DNA of 32,000 nucleotides from Candidatus Saccharimonadota bacterium (GTDB lineage Bacteria; Bacillota_I; Bacilli_A; Mycoplasmatales; Hepatoplasmataceae): NCBI RefSeq assembly GCF_000582535.1, contig NZ_CP006932.1, positions 420,001 to 452,000 of the forward strand, read 5' to 3'. Shown piece by piece: positions 7,412 to 16,957 of this stretch (position 1 is its first letter; each line of letters starts with the position of its first letter). The notes under the pieces were generated by a model. It saw only the letters and a program-made list of their open reading frames with translations, ran no database searches and was not told where the DNA came from. The position numbers and the translations under genes were made by a program.

Positions 7412-7576
7412 TTAAAAATAATGAGAATTTTTAAATTAAAGTTAATAAACTAGTAATGTAGCATATATAGTTATGTGAACGGGTACAAATATATTAAACG
7501 ATCCATATTTAGTTATATTTAATTTAATAATTAATTTGTATTGACAAGAATAAATAAGTAGTATTTAAATAAAAAA

Positions 7577-7598
7577 TACCAAGAGTCTTCTCTTGGTA
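7577..7598 (-). terminator. Strong bidirectional intrinsic terminator ending the ribosomal-protein operon
   Basis: A 9-bp stem TACCAAGAG (7577-7585) / CTCTTGGTA (7590-7598) with loop TCTT, flanked by an A-run (left) and a T-run (right). It lies 18 nt beyond the rplO stop. Confidence 0.8.
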
Positions 7599-7615
7599 TT
7601 TTTCTTTTATTGATC

Positions 7616-8083
7616 TTAATTTTTTTTATTATCACTATTATTAGTTTCTTCTTTTTGATTATTTATAATAGTTACTTTTCCACCTGCATCTTCAATTGCT
7701 TGCTTTGCAGAATTTGAAAATTTATGAGCTTTTACTTTGTAAGCTTTAATTAATTTTCCTTCTCCTAGTATTTTAAGATAACCATAATTTGCTTTAATTA
7801 CATTTGCTTCAATTAGTGTTTCTGGTGTTATTTTATCACCTTTTACTCTTACAAATTTATCAAGATTAACTACTGTATATTCAATATGATTGATATTTTT
7901 AAATCCTCGTTTAGGAATTCTTTTATAAAGAGGATTTTGTCCTCCTTCAAATCCGATTTTTTTCGAATATCCAGCACGAGATTTTTGTCCATTTTCTCCA
8001 CGACCAGCAGTTTTATCGCCTCGTCCGACTCTTTTTTGCTTTTTTCTAGATCCAGGAGTTGATTTCATATTATTTAGTTCCAT
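7616..8083 (-). CDS. rplO: 50S ribosomal protein L15
   Basis: MELNNMKSTPGSRKKQKRVGRGDKTAGRG... is a typical L15 N-terminus, and the gene sits last in the spc cluster. Its start overlaps the rpsE end by 14 nt. Confidence 0.95.
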   Translation of the reverse strand: MELNNMKSTPGSRKKQKRVGRGDKTAGRGENGQKSRAGYSKKIGFEGGQNPLYKRIPKRGFKNINHIEYTVVNLDKFVRVKGDKITPETLIEANVIKANYGYLKILGEGKLIKAYKVKAHKFSNSAKQAIEDAGGKVTIINNQKEETNNSDNKKN

Positions 8084-8849
8084 CTTGTTGCTCCTTTTTA
8101 TCTTCGTGTTCTGTTTTTTGTTCTCTTCGATAATTATTATTATTTATTTTTTTATTAGGAAAACGACTTTTAATTTCGACTTTTTCGTGTAATTTTTCAA
8201 TCTCTTCTTTTGTTCTTAGATTTTTAAGTCCATCCAAAGTTGCTAAAATTACATTTTGTGGATTATTTGTTCCCAAATTTTTTGAATAAATATTTCTAAT
8301 TCCTGCTAATTCAACAACTGAACGAACAACATCAGAAGCAACAATTCCTCTTCCTTCACTTGCTGGTTTTAATAAAACTCTAGCAGCTCCATGATGTCCA
8401 ATTATTTCATGTGAAATTGTATCTTCTTTTCCAACAATTTTTATTTTTGTTAGATTTTTGCGTGCGAGTCTAGATGCTTTTTTGATAGCTTCAGGAACTT
8501 CAATATGTTTTGCAATTGCAAAACCAACGTTACCTTCGCGATCACCGACAACAACAAGAGCAGAAAATTTAAATCTTCTTCCTCCTTTTGTTACTTTGAT
8601 AACTCTTTTAATATTGATAATTCGTTCTTCAAAATTATCTTTTTTACGATTATTTAAATTTTTGTTTATGCCTGGTCTTAAAAAAGGATTAAAATTTTCT
8701 GGTAAAAAATCGTCAGCAACTTTTACTTGTTTTTTAGAATTTTTATCAGCTGAAGTTTCTTTATTTCCACTCTTTATATCTTTATTAGTATCAGATATTT
8801 CTTTTTGCTCATTTTTTTCTTGCTTGTTTATTTCTTTTGCTTGATCCAT
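8070..8849 (-). CDS. rpsE: 30S ribosomal protein S5 (259 aa, with Lys/Glu/Asn-rich N- and C-terminal extensions)
   Basis: The core reads ERIINIKRVIKVTKGGRRFKFSALVVVGDREGNVGFAIAKH...GAARVLLKPASEGRGIVA, and the gene sits between rplR and rplO. Confidence 0.95.
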   Translation of the reverse strand: MDQAKEINKQEKNEQKEISDTNKDIKSGNKETSADKNSKKQVKVADDFLPENFNPFLRPGINKNLNNRKKDNFEERIINIKRVIKVTKGGRRFKFSALVVVGDREGNVGFAIAKHIEVPEAIKKASRLARKNLTKIKIVGKEDTISHEIIGHHGAARVLLKPASEGRGIVASDVVRSVVELAGIRNIYSKNLGTNNPQNVILATLDGLKNLRTKEEIEKLHEKVEIKSRFPNKKINNNNYRREQKTEHEDKKEQQDGTK

Positions 8850-8864
8850 TTTATCTTCCTATAT

Positions 8865-9215
8865 TTAAATTTTAATATTTTCCTTACGAACACCATCAGC
8901 TAATGCTTTTATTTTTCCATGATAAATATAACCGTTACGATCAAAAACAATTCTTTCAATTTTTAAATCTTTTGCTTTTTTTGCAATATCTTGACCAACT
9001 TTAAAAGCATTTTCAATATTATTTGCATCTAACTTTAAAATAATTGTAGATGAAGAAGCTAATGTTTTTCCAGAAAGATCATCGATAAGTTGAGCTGAAA
9101 TATTTTTATTTGATTTATAAACACTCAAACGGGGAATTTTATCTGTTCCAAAGATTTTCTTACGAACGCGTAATTTACGTTTATTTCTTGATTCGATTTT
9201 TTTGTTTTTTGCCAT
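8865..9215 (-). CDS. rplR: 50S ribosomal protein L18
   Basis: Contains RKLRVRKKIFGTDKIPRLSVYKSNKNISAQLIDD...YHGKIKALADGVRE, and gene order supports the call. Confidence 0.95.
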   Translation of the reverse strand: MAKNKKIESRNKRKLRVRKKIFGTDKIPRLSVYKSNKNISAQLIDDLSGKTLASSSTIILKLDANNIENAFKVGQDIAKKAKDLKIERIVFDRNGYIYHGKIKALADGVRKENIKI

Positions 9216-9235
9216 CTTATAAATTCTCCCTTATT

Positions 9236-9775
9236 TTATTTAGAGCTTGATTTTCCAGCTTTACGAATAATAACTTCATTTTTGTATCTAATTCCTTTTC
9301 CCCCATAAGGTTCAGGTTTTTTAAGTAAACGAATTTTAGCTGCGAATTGTCCTACTTTTTCTTTATTAATACCAGAAATTTTTAATTGTGTTGGTTTTGG
9401 AACTTCTACTTTAATTTCATTAGGAATAATTAAATTTATCTTATGGGAATATCCAAGTGAAAAAATTAAAGCATTATTTTGTAATAAAACATTATATCCA
9501 ACACCGACAATTTCTAATTCTTTTGTAAAACCTTTTGTTACTCCATCAATCATTCCTTTTATTAAAGAAGCATAAGTTCCGTGCAACATCTTTGTTTTCT
9601 TGTTTTCATTTGTTCTTTCTAAACTAATTTTATTATCTGATCTTAAAATCTTAATTGAATTTAAAAAAGTTCTTTCTAAAGTTCCAAGTGGACCTTTTAC
9701 AGTCATCTTTTCGCCATCAAAATCGATCGTTACGTTTTCAGGAATAATTATTTTTTGGTTTCCAATTCTTGACAT
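9236..9775 (-). CDS. rplF: 50S ribosomal protein L6
   Basis: MSRIGNQKIIIPENVTIDFDG...VKGPLG...PEPYGGKGIRYKNEVI, and gene order supports the call. Confidence 0.95.
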   Translation of the reverse strand: MSRIGNQKIIIPENVTIDFDGEKMTVKGPLGTLERTFLNSIKILRSDNKISLERTNENKKTKMLHGTYASLIKGMIDGVTKGFTKELEIVGVGYNVLLQNNALIFSLGYSHKINLIIPNEIKVEVPKPTQLKISGINKEKVGQFAAKIRLLKKPEPYGGKGIRYKNEVIIRKAGKSSSK

Positions 9776-9788
9776 ATCTTACTCCTTA

Positions 9789-10181
9789 TCAAACATAAGC
9801 CATGATTTCGCCACCAAGTTTGGCTTTTTTGGCATGATCTGAAGTCATTATTCCTTTTGAAGTTGAAATAATTGCAATTCCGTATCCATTTAAGACTTCT
9901 GGTAATTTATCAGCTTCTTTATAAACTCTTAGCCCTGGTTTTGAGATTCTTTTAAGGCCGTTTATAACACGTGTTGTTCCTTTGTATTTTAGATAGATTT
10001 TAAAGTTTTTTTCACTTACTTTATCACCAATAATTTTATAATCTAAAATATATCCTTCATCCAAAAGGATTTTTATTATTTGTTCTTTTAGTTTTGAATA
10101 AGGTACCAAAACAAATTTATGTCTGCGCATATTTGCGTTTCTTATTCGTGTAAGTAAATCTGCAATAGGATCATTTATCAT
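9789..10181 (-). CDS. rpsH: 30S ribosomal protein S8
   Basis: [22 protein letters not shown]...GGEIMAYV is the S8 signature. Confidence 0.95.
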   Translation of the reverse strand: MINDPIADLLTRIRNANMRRHKFVLVPYSKLKEQIIKILLDEGYILDYKIIGDKVSEKNFKIYLKYKGTTRVINGLKRISKPGLRVYKEADKLPEVLNGYGIAIISTSKGIMTSDHAKKAKLGGEIMAYV

Positions 10182-10207
10182 TTTATACTCCTTCTAATTT
10201 CTCATTA

Positions 10208-10390
10208 TCATGAAGACTTTTTAACACCAGGAATTTCACCATTAGCTGCCATCTCACGAAAACATATTCTGCAAACACCATATTTACTCATATATCCATG
10301 TGTTCTACCACAAACTTTGCATCTATTTTTTTCTCTTGTTTTAAATTTTGCATTTTTTTGTTGTTTTGCTATTTGTGCTTTTCTTGCCAT
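10208..10390 (-). CDS. rpsN: 30S ribosomal protein S14, short zinc-binding (type Z) form
   Basis: A 60-aa protein with [23 protein letters not shown] (two CxxC pairs), between rplE and rpsH. Confidence 0.95.
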   Translation of the reverse strand: MARKAQIAKQQKNAKFKTREKNRCKVCGRTHGYMSKYGVCRICFREMAANGEIPGVKKSS

Positions 10391-10403
10391 ATTTTAGGAC
10401 TCC

Positions 10404-10961
10404 TTAATTATTTTTTGCAAAAGGCATTTTCAATTTTTGCAGTAATAAAAAGGCTTTTTGATCATCTGTAGTTGAAGTTACGATTGTAATATCCATACCT
10501 TTCATTGATCTTACTTTATCAAGTTCAATTTCAGGGAAGATGATAATCTCATTTACACCTAATGTGTAATTTCCTCTTCCATCAAATGAAGTTGGTTTTA
10601 AACCACGAAAGTCTCTAATTCTTGGTAATGCAAAATTTATTAATTTATCTAAAAAATCATACATTTTTTCTTTTCGAAGGGTAATTTTAACACCAATAGG
10701 CATTCCTTCTCTAATTTTAAAAGAAGCATTTGATTTTTTAGCATAAGTAATAATTGGTACTTGTCCTGTAATTATTGCTAATTCTTTTTTAGCATCATTT
10801 ACAATAGACTTATCATTTACAGCTTTTCCAAGACCCATATTAATTACAATCTTTTCAAGATGAGGAACAGCCATTACTGTTTTTAAATTTAATTCTTTTT
10901 TTAATTCATTACGAATTCTTGCGTGATATTCTTGCTGTAAAAAACTTTTTTCTCTTGCCAT
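10404..10961 (-). CDS. rplE: 50S ribosomal protein L5
   Basis: I place the start at ATG 10959-10961 (MAREKSFLQQEYH...), 1 nt after the rplX stop. The track's longer ORF (to 10991) would overlap rplX by 29 nt. Contains VINMGLGKAV...FDGRGNYTLG. Confidence 0.9.
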   Translation of the reverse strand: MAREKSFLQQEYHARIRNELKKELNLKTVMAVPHLEKIVINMGLGKAVNDKSIVNDAKKELAIITGQVPIITYAKKSNASFKIREGMPIGVKITLRKEKMYDFLDKLINFALPRIRDFRGLKPTSFDGRGNYTLGVNEIIIFPEIELDKVRSMKGMDITIVTSTTDDQKAFLLLQKLKMPFAKNN

Positions 10962-10962
10962 T

Positions 10963-11289
10963 TTAGATCTCATCTCCTGTTTTTTTTGCAATTCTTTTCT
11001 TTACTTTTTTGCCACGAACATCAACATATTTATATCCAATCTTAGTAGTCTTTTGTTCTTTTTTAGATCCAATATCATACATTACATTAGAAGCATCAAT
11101 TGCTGCTTCTCTTTTAAAAATTCCACCTTCTTGATCTTTTTGTGAAGGTTTTACATGAAAAGTTCTTACATTTACATCTTCCACAATTATTTTATTTTCT
11201 TTATGTAATACCTCTTTAATAACTCCTGTTTTACCTTTATCTTTTCCGGAAATTACAACAACACGATCACCTTTTTTTAATTTCATCAT
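10963..11289 (-). CDS. rplX: 50S ribosomal protein L24
   Basis: M(M)KLKKGDRVVVISGKDKGKTGVIKEV... follows AGGAGG. The second ATG (11286) may be the true start. Confidence 0.95.
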   Translation of the reverse strand: MMKLKKGDRVVVISGKDKGKTGVIKEVLHKENKIIVEDVNVRTFHVKPSQKDQEGGIFKREAAIDASNVMYDIGSKKEQKTTKIGYKYVDVRGKKVKKRIAKKTGDEI

Positions 11290-11295
11290 AACCTC

Positions 11296-11664
11296 CTAAA
11301 GTACCTCTTGTCCAAGTGAAATTATTTTTTGATAACCTTTTTCTCTAAGCTCTCTTGCAATTGGGCCAAAAATTCTTGTTCCTCTTGGTTCTTTATTATC
11401 TTTAATTAGAACTGCTGCGTTATCATCAAATCTTAAATATTCTCCGGTTTGTCTTTTGACTCCGTGCTTTGTTCTTACAATTACAGCTTTTACAACTTGA
11501 CCTTTTTTAATTTGTCCATTTGGTTGAGCTTTTTTTACAGTAGCAACAACAACATCACCAACTGAAGAAAATTTTTTTAATGATCCACCTAGATTACGAA
11601 TTACTAATAATTCTTTTGCTCCACTATTATCAGCAACTTTTAATCTTGTTTCTGTTTGAATCAT
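11296..11664 (-). CDS. rplN: 50S ribosomal protein L14
   Basis: [28 protein letters not shown]... is nearly invariant L14 sequence. Confidence 0.97.
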   Translation of the reverse strand: MIQTETRLKVADNSGAKELLVIRNLGGSLKKFSSVGDVVVATVKKAQPNGQIKKGQVVKAVIVRTKHGVKRQTGEYLRFDDNAAVLIKDNKEPRGTRIFGPIARELREKGYQKIISLGQEVL

Positions 11665-11666
11665 TT

Positions 11667-11927
11667 TTATTTACCATCCTTTGTTTCAAGAATTTTTACC
11701 AAACGGAAATACTTTGTTTTTGAATAAGGTTTTGTTTCCATAATTTGAACTTTATCACCAAGTTTTGCAGTTTGATCTTGATCATGAACATGAAATTTCT
11801 TTGAATATTTATATCTTTTTCCATAAAGTTTATGAGCACGATAAGTATCAACTCTTACAGTAATAGTTTTATCCATTGCAGTAGAAACAACAATTCCTTG
11901 ATAATTTTTTCTTCGATTTGTTCGCAT
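11667..11927 (-). CDS. rpsQ: 30S ribosomal protein S17
   Basis: [28 protein letters not shown]... Its start overlaps the rpmC stop (TAATG). Confidence 0.95.
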   Translation of the reverse strand: MRTNRRKNYQGIVVSTAMDKTITVRVDTYRAHKLYGKRYKYSKKFHVHDQDQTAKLGDKVQIMETKPYSKTKYFRLVKILETKDGK

Positions 11928-12235
11928 TATTTAGTTTCTCCTTTTTCTTCGATTTTTGTTTTCTTTATATTTTTATCTTGGACGTTTTTCTTACTATTTG
12001 TGTTTTCTTTTTTGCTAGGAACTTTTTTGTCTTCGATTTTAATATTATGTTTTCTTTCGTTTAAAATTGTAAAAACTTTTGCAATATCTTTTTTTGTTAA
12101 TTTTAGAAGATGAGTTTCATTTAATTGTCCAGTTGCATTTTCAAATCTTAAAGCAAGTAATTTTCCTTTAAGTTCAGATACTAATTTTAATAATTCTTGA
12201 TCACTTTTTTTTCTTAGTTCTTCAGTCTTATACAT
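11927..12235 (-). CDS. rpmC: 50S ribosomal protein L29 (102 aa, with a Lys/Glu-rich C-terminal tail)
   Basis: [38 protein letters not shown]... is followed by a ~40-aa K/E/N tail. Confidence 0.9.
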   Translation of the reverse strand: MYKTEELRKKSDQELLKLVSELKGKLLALRFENATGQLNETHLLKLTKKDIAKVFTILNERKHNIKIEDKKVPSKKENTNSKKNVQDKNIKKTKIEEKGETK

Positions 12236-12653
12236 TTTCTAACTCCTCTCCTTTTTTTACAATTTTACATTTTACAGGAAGTTTATGCATTCCTAATCTT
12301 AAAGCTTCTAATGCTTGTTCTTCGCTTACTTCATCTAATTCAAAAAGAATCATTCCGCGTTTTACTACAGCAGCATAATGATCTACACTACCTTTTCCTT
12401 TTCCCATTCTTACTTCTAATGGTTTTTTAGTAATTGGTAATTGGGGAAAGATTCTTATTCAAACTTTTCCATTTCTTTTAAGATATCTTGTAATTGCAAT
12501 CCTTGCTGCTTCAATCTGTCTTTCGGTAATATAATTTCCTTCAATAGATTGTAATCCATATTTACCAAAAGAGATTTTAGTTCCTCGTTTTGCACGACCT
12601 TCATAGGAAGGCTTATGTGGTTTACGATATTTTTGCTTTTTGGGAGTTAACAT
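12228..12653 (-). CDS. rplP: 50S ribosomal protein L16 (141 aa)
   Basis: Track ORF 12459-12653 continues through TGA 12459-12461 (the conserved Trp in GKVWIRIFP) to TAA 12228-12230. Contains ...[23 protein letters not shown]... Confidence 0.95.
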
Positions 12654-13438
12654 TATTTATCTCCTTTATCTACTGCTTTAAAATCTTCTTTTGGATTACT
12701 ATTCTCAAATCTTCTTTTTCTAAATTCCGGATTTAAATTACGCTCTTTTTTTGGATCTCTTAATTCTTTATCTTTACGATTTTTAAGAATTTCTCCTCTT
12801 GAGATTCAAACTTTTACTCCTAAAATTCCATATGTTGTTTTTGCTTTTGTTTTTGCAAAATCAATATCATATCTTAAAGTTTGTAAAGGAACCTGACCTT
12901 CTAAATAACCTTCAGTACGAGCCATATCAACACCATTTAGACGTCCAGAAACTTGTGTTTTAATTCCTTTTGCTCCATTTCGCATTACTCTACGAATTAC
13001 TCTTTTTTGTGCAATTCTAAAAGGAACACGATTTTCAAGTTGACTTGCAATTTCATTTGCAATAATTGTTGCATCTAAATCTGGTTTTTTAATTTCTTTT
13101 ACATCTAAAATAACTTTAATTTGTTGAGTTCTTTTTAATTTTTTATCACGTAACAATTTAATAATATCAAGTTGAATTTTTTTAATATTAGAGCCTTCTT
13201 GTCCAAGAACCATCCCTGGTTTTGAAGTATTAATTGTAATTCTTACTTCTTTTTCTGTACGGTCAATTTCAACTACAGATAGAGATCATTTTTTAAAATA
13301 TTTTTCAAAGTAATTTCTAATCATACGATCTTGAACAACTCATTCAGTTCATTGTTTATTATCTTTTGCAAAATATCTTGATTTTCACTCTCGTACAATT
13401 CCTAAACGCATTCCGTTCGGATTAGCTTTTTGTCCCAT
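12653..13438 (-). CDS. rpsC: 30S ribosomal protein S3 (261 aa, with a basic C-terminal tail)
   Basis: ATG 13436-13438 gives [24 protein letters not shown]... The track shows only 12806-13213. TGA codons are read as Trp, and TAA lies at 12653-12655. The frame is consistent with the track fragment. Confidence 0.93.
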
Positions 13439-13817
13439 TTGTGATCTCCTTACTTTTTTTTGTTATCTTTTTTTCCTTTTTATTAAAATCATCAGATAAA
13501 ACAATCTCAAGATGTGAAGTTCTTTTTAATTTTTGATCAACACGTCCTTTTGCTCTTGGGCGATAACGTTTGATTGTTGGACCTTCATTTGCAACAGCTT
13601 TAATAATCACTAAATCTTCATTCAACATTCCATGATTTTCTGTTGCATTTGCAACAGCAGCATTTAAGACCTTTTTAAGTAAAGATGCTGCTTTTTTATT
13701 TGAAGTATCTAAAATTGAAAAAGCTTGATCTACAGTTTTATATCTTATAAGTTCACAAACAAGATTTGCTTTTTGTGATGAAATTCGAATATTCTTTGCT
13801 AATGCCTTTGCTTCCAT
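13422..13817 (-). CDS. rplV: 50S ribosomal protein L22
   Basis: MEAKALAKNIRISSQKANLVCELIRYKTV...RPRAKGRVDQKLKRTSHLEIVL. Confidence 0.95.
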   Translation of the reverse strand: MEAKALAKNIRISSQKANLVCELIRYKTVDQAFSILDTSNKKAASLLKKVLNAAVANATENHGMLNEDLVIIKAVANEGPTIKRYRPRAKGRVDQKLKRTSHLEIVLSDDFNKKEKKITKKSKEITNGTKS

Positions 13818-13829
13818 CTTTCTTATTTC

Positions 13830-14105
13830 CTATCTTTTTTTCTTTTTATCTTCACCATGTCCACCAAATTTACGTGTGGGAGCAAATTCACCTAATTTAT
13901 GTCCTACCATATCTTCAATAATATAAACATTAATGAATTCTTTTCCATTATGAACTTGGAATGTTAATCCAACAAAATTTGGAAAAATTGTTGATCTTCT
14001 TGATCAAGTTTTAATAGGTTTTTTAGATTTTTCTGCAATTGCTTTTTCAACTTTTTTTGCAAGGTGATCATCGATAAATGGTCCTTTTTTTAATGAACGG
14101 CTCAT
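13830..14105 (-). CDS. rpsS: 30S ribosomal protein S19 (91 aa)
   Basis: Absent from the track because of TGA 14004-14006 (KTWSRRS). ATG 14103-14105 gives [20 protein letters not shown]...[33 protein letters not shown], ending at TAG 13830-13832. Confidence 0.95.
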
Positions 14106-14111
14106 AATCTC

Positions 14112-14960
14112 TTATTTTTTACCCTTTCTAGTTCTTATTATGTATTTATTTGATTGTTTATCTTTTTTACGTGTTTTTACACCCAATGCTTTTTTACCTC
14201 ATGGTGTCATCGGTGCTTTTCTTCCGATTGGAGATTTTCCTTCTCCTCCTCCATGGGGGTGATCATTTGGATTCATTACAGAACCACGAACAGTAGGTCT
14301 TATTCCTTTATGGCGATTACGTCCTGCTTTTCCAATTCTTTCTAGATTATGACCTGAATTTGAAACAGTTCCAATTGTAGCACGATTTTTTGCAAGAATT
14401 TTACGCATTTCTCCTGATGCTAATCTTACAATTACATATCTTTCAGTTTCATCTTTTCCAAGAACCTGTGCCCTTGAACCAGCTGAACGAACAAGTTCAG
14501 CCCCTTTTCCTGGTTTAAGTTCAATATTATGAACAAATGTACCTTCAGGAATATTTTCTAACGGAAGAGAATTTCCAATTGTAATTTCAACATCTTTTCC
14601 CGAAATAACTTTGTCACCAACTTTAATATTTTCTGGAGCAATAATATATCTTTTTTCTCCATCGATATAATTTATAAGAGCAATAAATGATGTTCGGTTG
14701 GGATCATATTCAATTGAAGCAACTTTACCATAAATACCATCTTTATTTCTTTTGAAATCAATAATTCGATATTTTTGTTTTACCCCTCCACCTTTATGTC
14801 TTACAGTAATTTTACCTTCACTATTTCTTCCAGCTTTATTTACTTTTTTTACAGTAAGTGATTTTTCTGGTTTTGTATTTGTAATTACCTTTTTATAGTC
14901 AATAACAGAAGAATTACGACGTCCGGGAGAAGTGGGTTTATATTTTTTAATTTCTGACAT
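14112..14960 (-). CDS. rplB: 50S ribosomal protein L2
   Basis: I place the start at ATG 14958-14960 behind AGGTGA ([15 protein letters not shown]). The track's GTG at 14969 lies inside the SD. The C-terminus extends through TGA 14199-14201 (PMTPWGK) to TAA 14112-14114. Confidence 0.95.
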
Positions 14961-14973
14961 ATTAATCACCTAA

Positions 14974-15366
14974 TTATTTGATATTCTTCTCAGCTTCTTT
15001 CATTAATTTTTCAGTATCAATAATTTTTAAACCTTTTTTATTATCTTTTTTTGCTTTTTCTACACCTTCAGAACCATAAATTGGAATTATTCCATCACTT
15101 AAAATTACATAAGCTTTTTTAAAACCTTTTTTAAAACCTTCATATTTTCCCATTTTTTTAGGTTTTCTTTTTACTTTTGTAATATTTACTTTTTTAACTT
15201 TTGCATTTGATCTTGCAAAAATATATTCAACTGCTCTTTTTACATCTTCGCGTGTTGCATCAGGGTGAACTTCTAACACATATGTATTATTATCAGCTGT
15301 AAGCTTTGAATTTTTTTCTGTAATTAATGGTTTAATAATCACATCATTTATATTAATTTTTTTCAT
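14974..15366 (-). CDS. rplW: 50S ribosomal protein L23 (130 aa, C-terminally extended)
   Basis: Contains DVIIKPLITEKNSKL...YVLEVHPDATREDVKRAVEYIF plus a ~35-aa tail. Confidence 0.93.
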   Translation of the reverse strand: MKKININDVIIKPLITEKNSKLTADNNTYVLEVHPDATREDVKRAVEYIFARSNAKVKKVNITKVKRKPKKMGKYEGFKKGFKKAYVILSDGIIPIYGSEGVEKAKKDNKKGLKIIDTEKLMKEAEKNIK

Positions 15367-16006
15367 TCATAAGTCCTTTCTCAACTGATTTTATTGCTTC
15401 TTTAGTAAGTAAAACTTTTTTTGCTTTTAAAAGTTTATCAAGCATTACTTTAGTATTTAAATTAATTGAAATATTTTTAATATTTCTTCCTGAAAGATAA
15501 GCATTTTTTTGTTCATTTTTTGTAATAGAAGGAAGAACAAGTAAAATTTTTTTGCTTTCTAAATCAAGATTTTTAAGCATAATTTTAAAATCTTTAGTAG
15601 AAGGAGTTTTAAAATCAAGATTATCAACTACAATAATCTTATCTTCTTTTAAAAGTTGTGATCAACCTGATCTTAAAGCTAATATTTTTACTTTTTTATT
15701 AATTTTAAGATCATAATTTTTTTCTGATTTAGGACCAAATACGATTCCTCCACCTCTTCATTGTGGTGAACGAATTGAACCTTGTCTAGCACGTCCAGTT
15801 CCTTTTTGTTTTCAAGGTTTTCTTCCTCCTCCTGAAACTTCAGAACGAGTTTTTGTGCTATGTGTCCCTTGTCTAAGTGAGGCACGCTCAGAAAGAATTA
15901 AATCATACATTGCTTGTTCGTGAGGAATAATATTGAAAACTTGATCATTAAGCTCAATTGTTTCAACTTTTTTGCCAAGAACATTTAAAACATTTATAGT
16001 TGCCAT
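15353..16006 (-). CDS. rplD: 50S ribosomal protein L4 (217 aa)
   Basis: Track pieces 15812-16006 and 15353-15580 share a frame. They are joined through TGA 15812-15814 (RKPWKQKGTGRARQGS) and two further TGA codons. Confidence 0.95.
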
Positions 16007-16947
16007 TATTTTTTCTCCTCACTTTTTGCTTTTTCACTTCTTAATTTTATTAGTTCTTCAATTTTATTAATTTCAATCTTTAATTCTTGATTAGACATTT
16101 TAAGAGCTTTAGCTTTATTAATTTTTAATTCTTCTGCTCTTTTTAATAATTCTTGATGTTCTTTTAAATCATTTTCGTGTTTTATTTTTGCTTGCGCAAT
16201 TTCTTGATTCATCTGCTCAATTGTCATTGTAGAAGTTAATTTAGCACCAAATTTTTTACCTTCTTCAAATAAATTATTTTTAATCTGAACTTCTTTTACA
16301 TCAACAAGTTTAATTACATTATTTACTTTTCCTGTATTTTTAATTGCTTCTCTTATTACAACAAAAGATTTATTTGGACCAGGAATTGATCCTCTAATTA
16401 AAAGTGCATTTAATTTTTCATCAAAAGCTACAATTTCTAAATTTTGCATTGTAACTTTTTGATGTCCCATATGACCAGGCATCTTTTTGCTTCTTTTTAC
16501 AGTTCCTCTAATATCACCAGAAGAACCTGCAACACGATGTGATTTTGAACCATGAGTCATCGGTCCTCTAGATTGATTATGTCTTTTAATAGTCCCTTGA
16601 AATCCCTTACCTTTAGAAATTCCAGTAACATCAACTAAAGTACCATTTAAAAAAATATTGCCTTTTATTAGATCTCCACGCTCAAATCCATCCATATCTC
16701 TAATTTCATGAATGAAATATTTTGGATTAGTATTCGCCTTTTTGGCTTCACCAATCATTGGCTTGATTGATTTATTAACTTTTCTATCTTCAAGTCCTAA
16801 TTTGAGAGCTTTATATCCATCATTTGCTAATGTTTTTACTTGTAATACAACATTAGGCTTTATCTCAACAACAGTAACAGGAATTGCTCTTCCTTCTTCA
16901 GAAAAAACAGTTGTCATTCCTGCTTTACGGCCTAAAATACCTTTCAT
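16006..16947 (-). CDS. rplC: 50S ribosomal protein L3 (313 aa, with a ~100-aa Lys/Glu-rich coiled-coil-like tail)
   Basis: MKGILGRKAGMTTVF...GKGFQGTIKRHNQSRGPMTHGSKSHR... The stop shares one nucleotide with the rplD start (TAATG). Confidence 0.95.
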   Translation of the reverse strand: MKGILGRKAGMTTVFSEEGRAIPVTVVEIKPNVVLQVKTLANDGYKALKLGLEDRKVNKSIKPMIGEAKKANTNPKYFIHEIRDMDGFERGDLIKGNIFLNGTLVDVTGISKGKGFQGTIKRHNQSRGPMTHGSKSHRVAGSSGDIRGTVKRSKKMPGHMGHQKVTMQNLEIVAFDEKLNALLIRGSIPGPNKSFVVIREAIKNTGKVNNVIKLVDVKEVQIKNNLFEEGKKFGAKLTSTMTIEQMNQEIAQAKIKHENDLKEHQELLKRAEELKINKAKALKMSNQELKIEINKIEELIKLRSEKAKSEEKK

Positions 16948-16957
16948 CTTAAACCTC

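Noticed and set aside
10962-10991. The longer N-terminus for rplE (track start 10991) and the GTG start for rplB at 14969.
   Set aside because: The extended rplE start would overlap rplX by 29 nt and would add non-conserved residues. The rplB GTG lies within its own Shine-Dalgarno sequence, and a properly spaced ATG follows at 14960.
15688-15885. Minus-strand track ORF inside rplD.
   Set aside because: It is in a different frame from the L4 reading frame. The L4 frame is continuous once TGA = Trp and contains the L4 signature.
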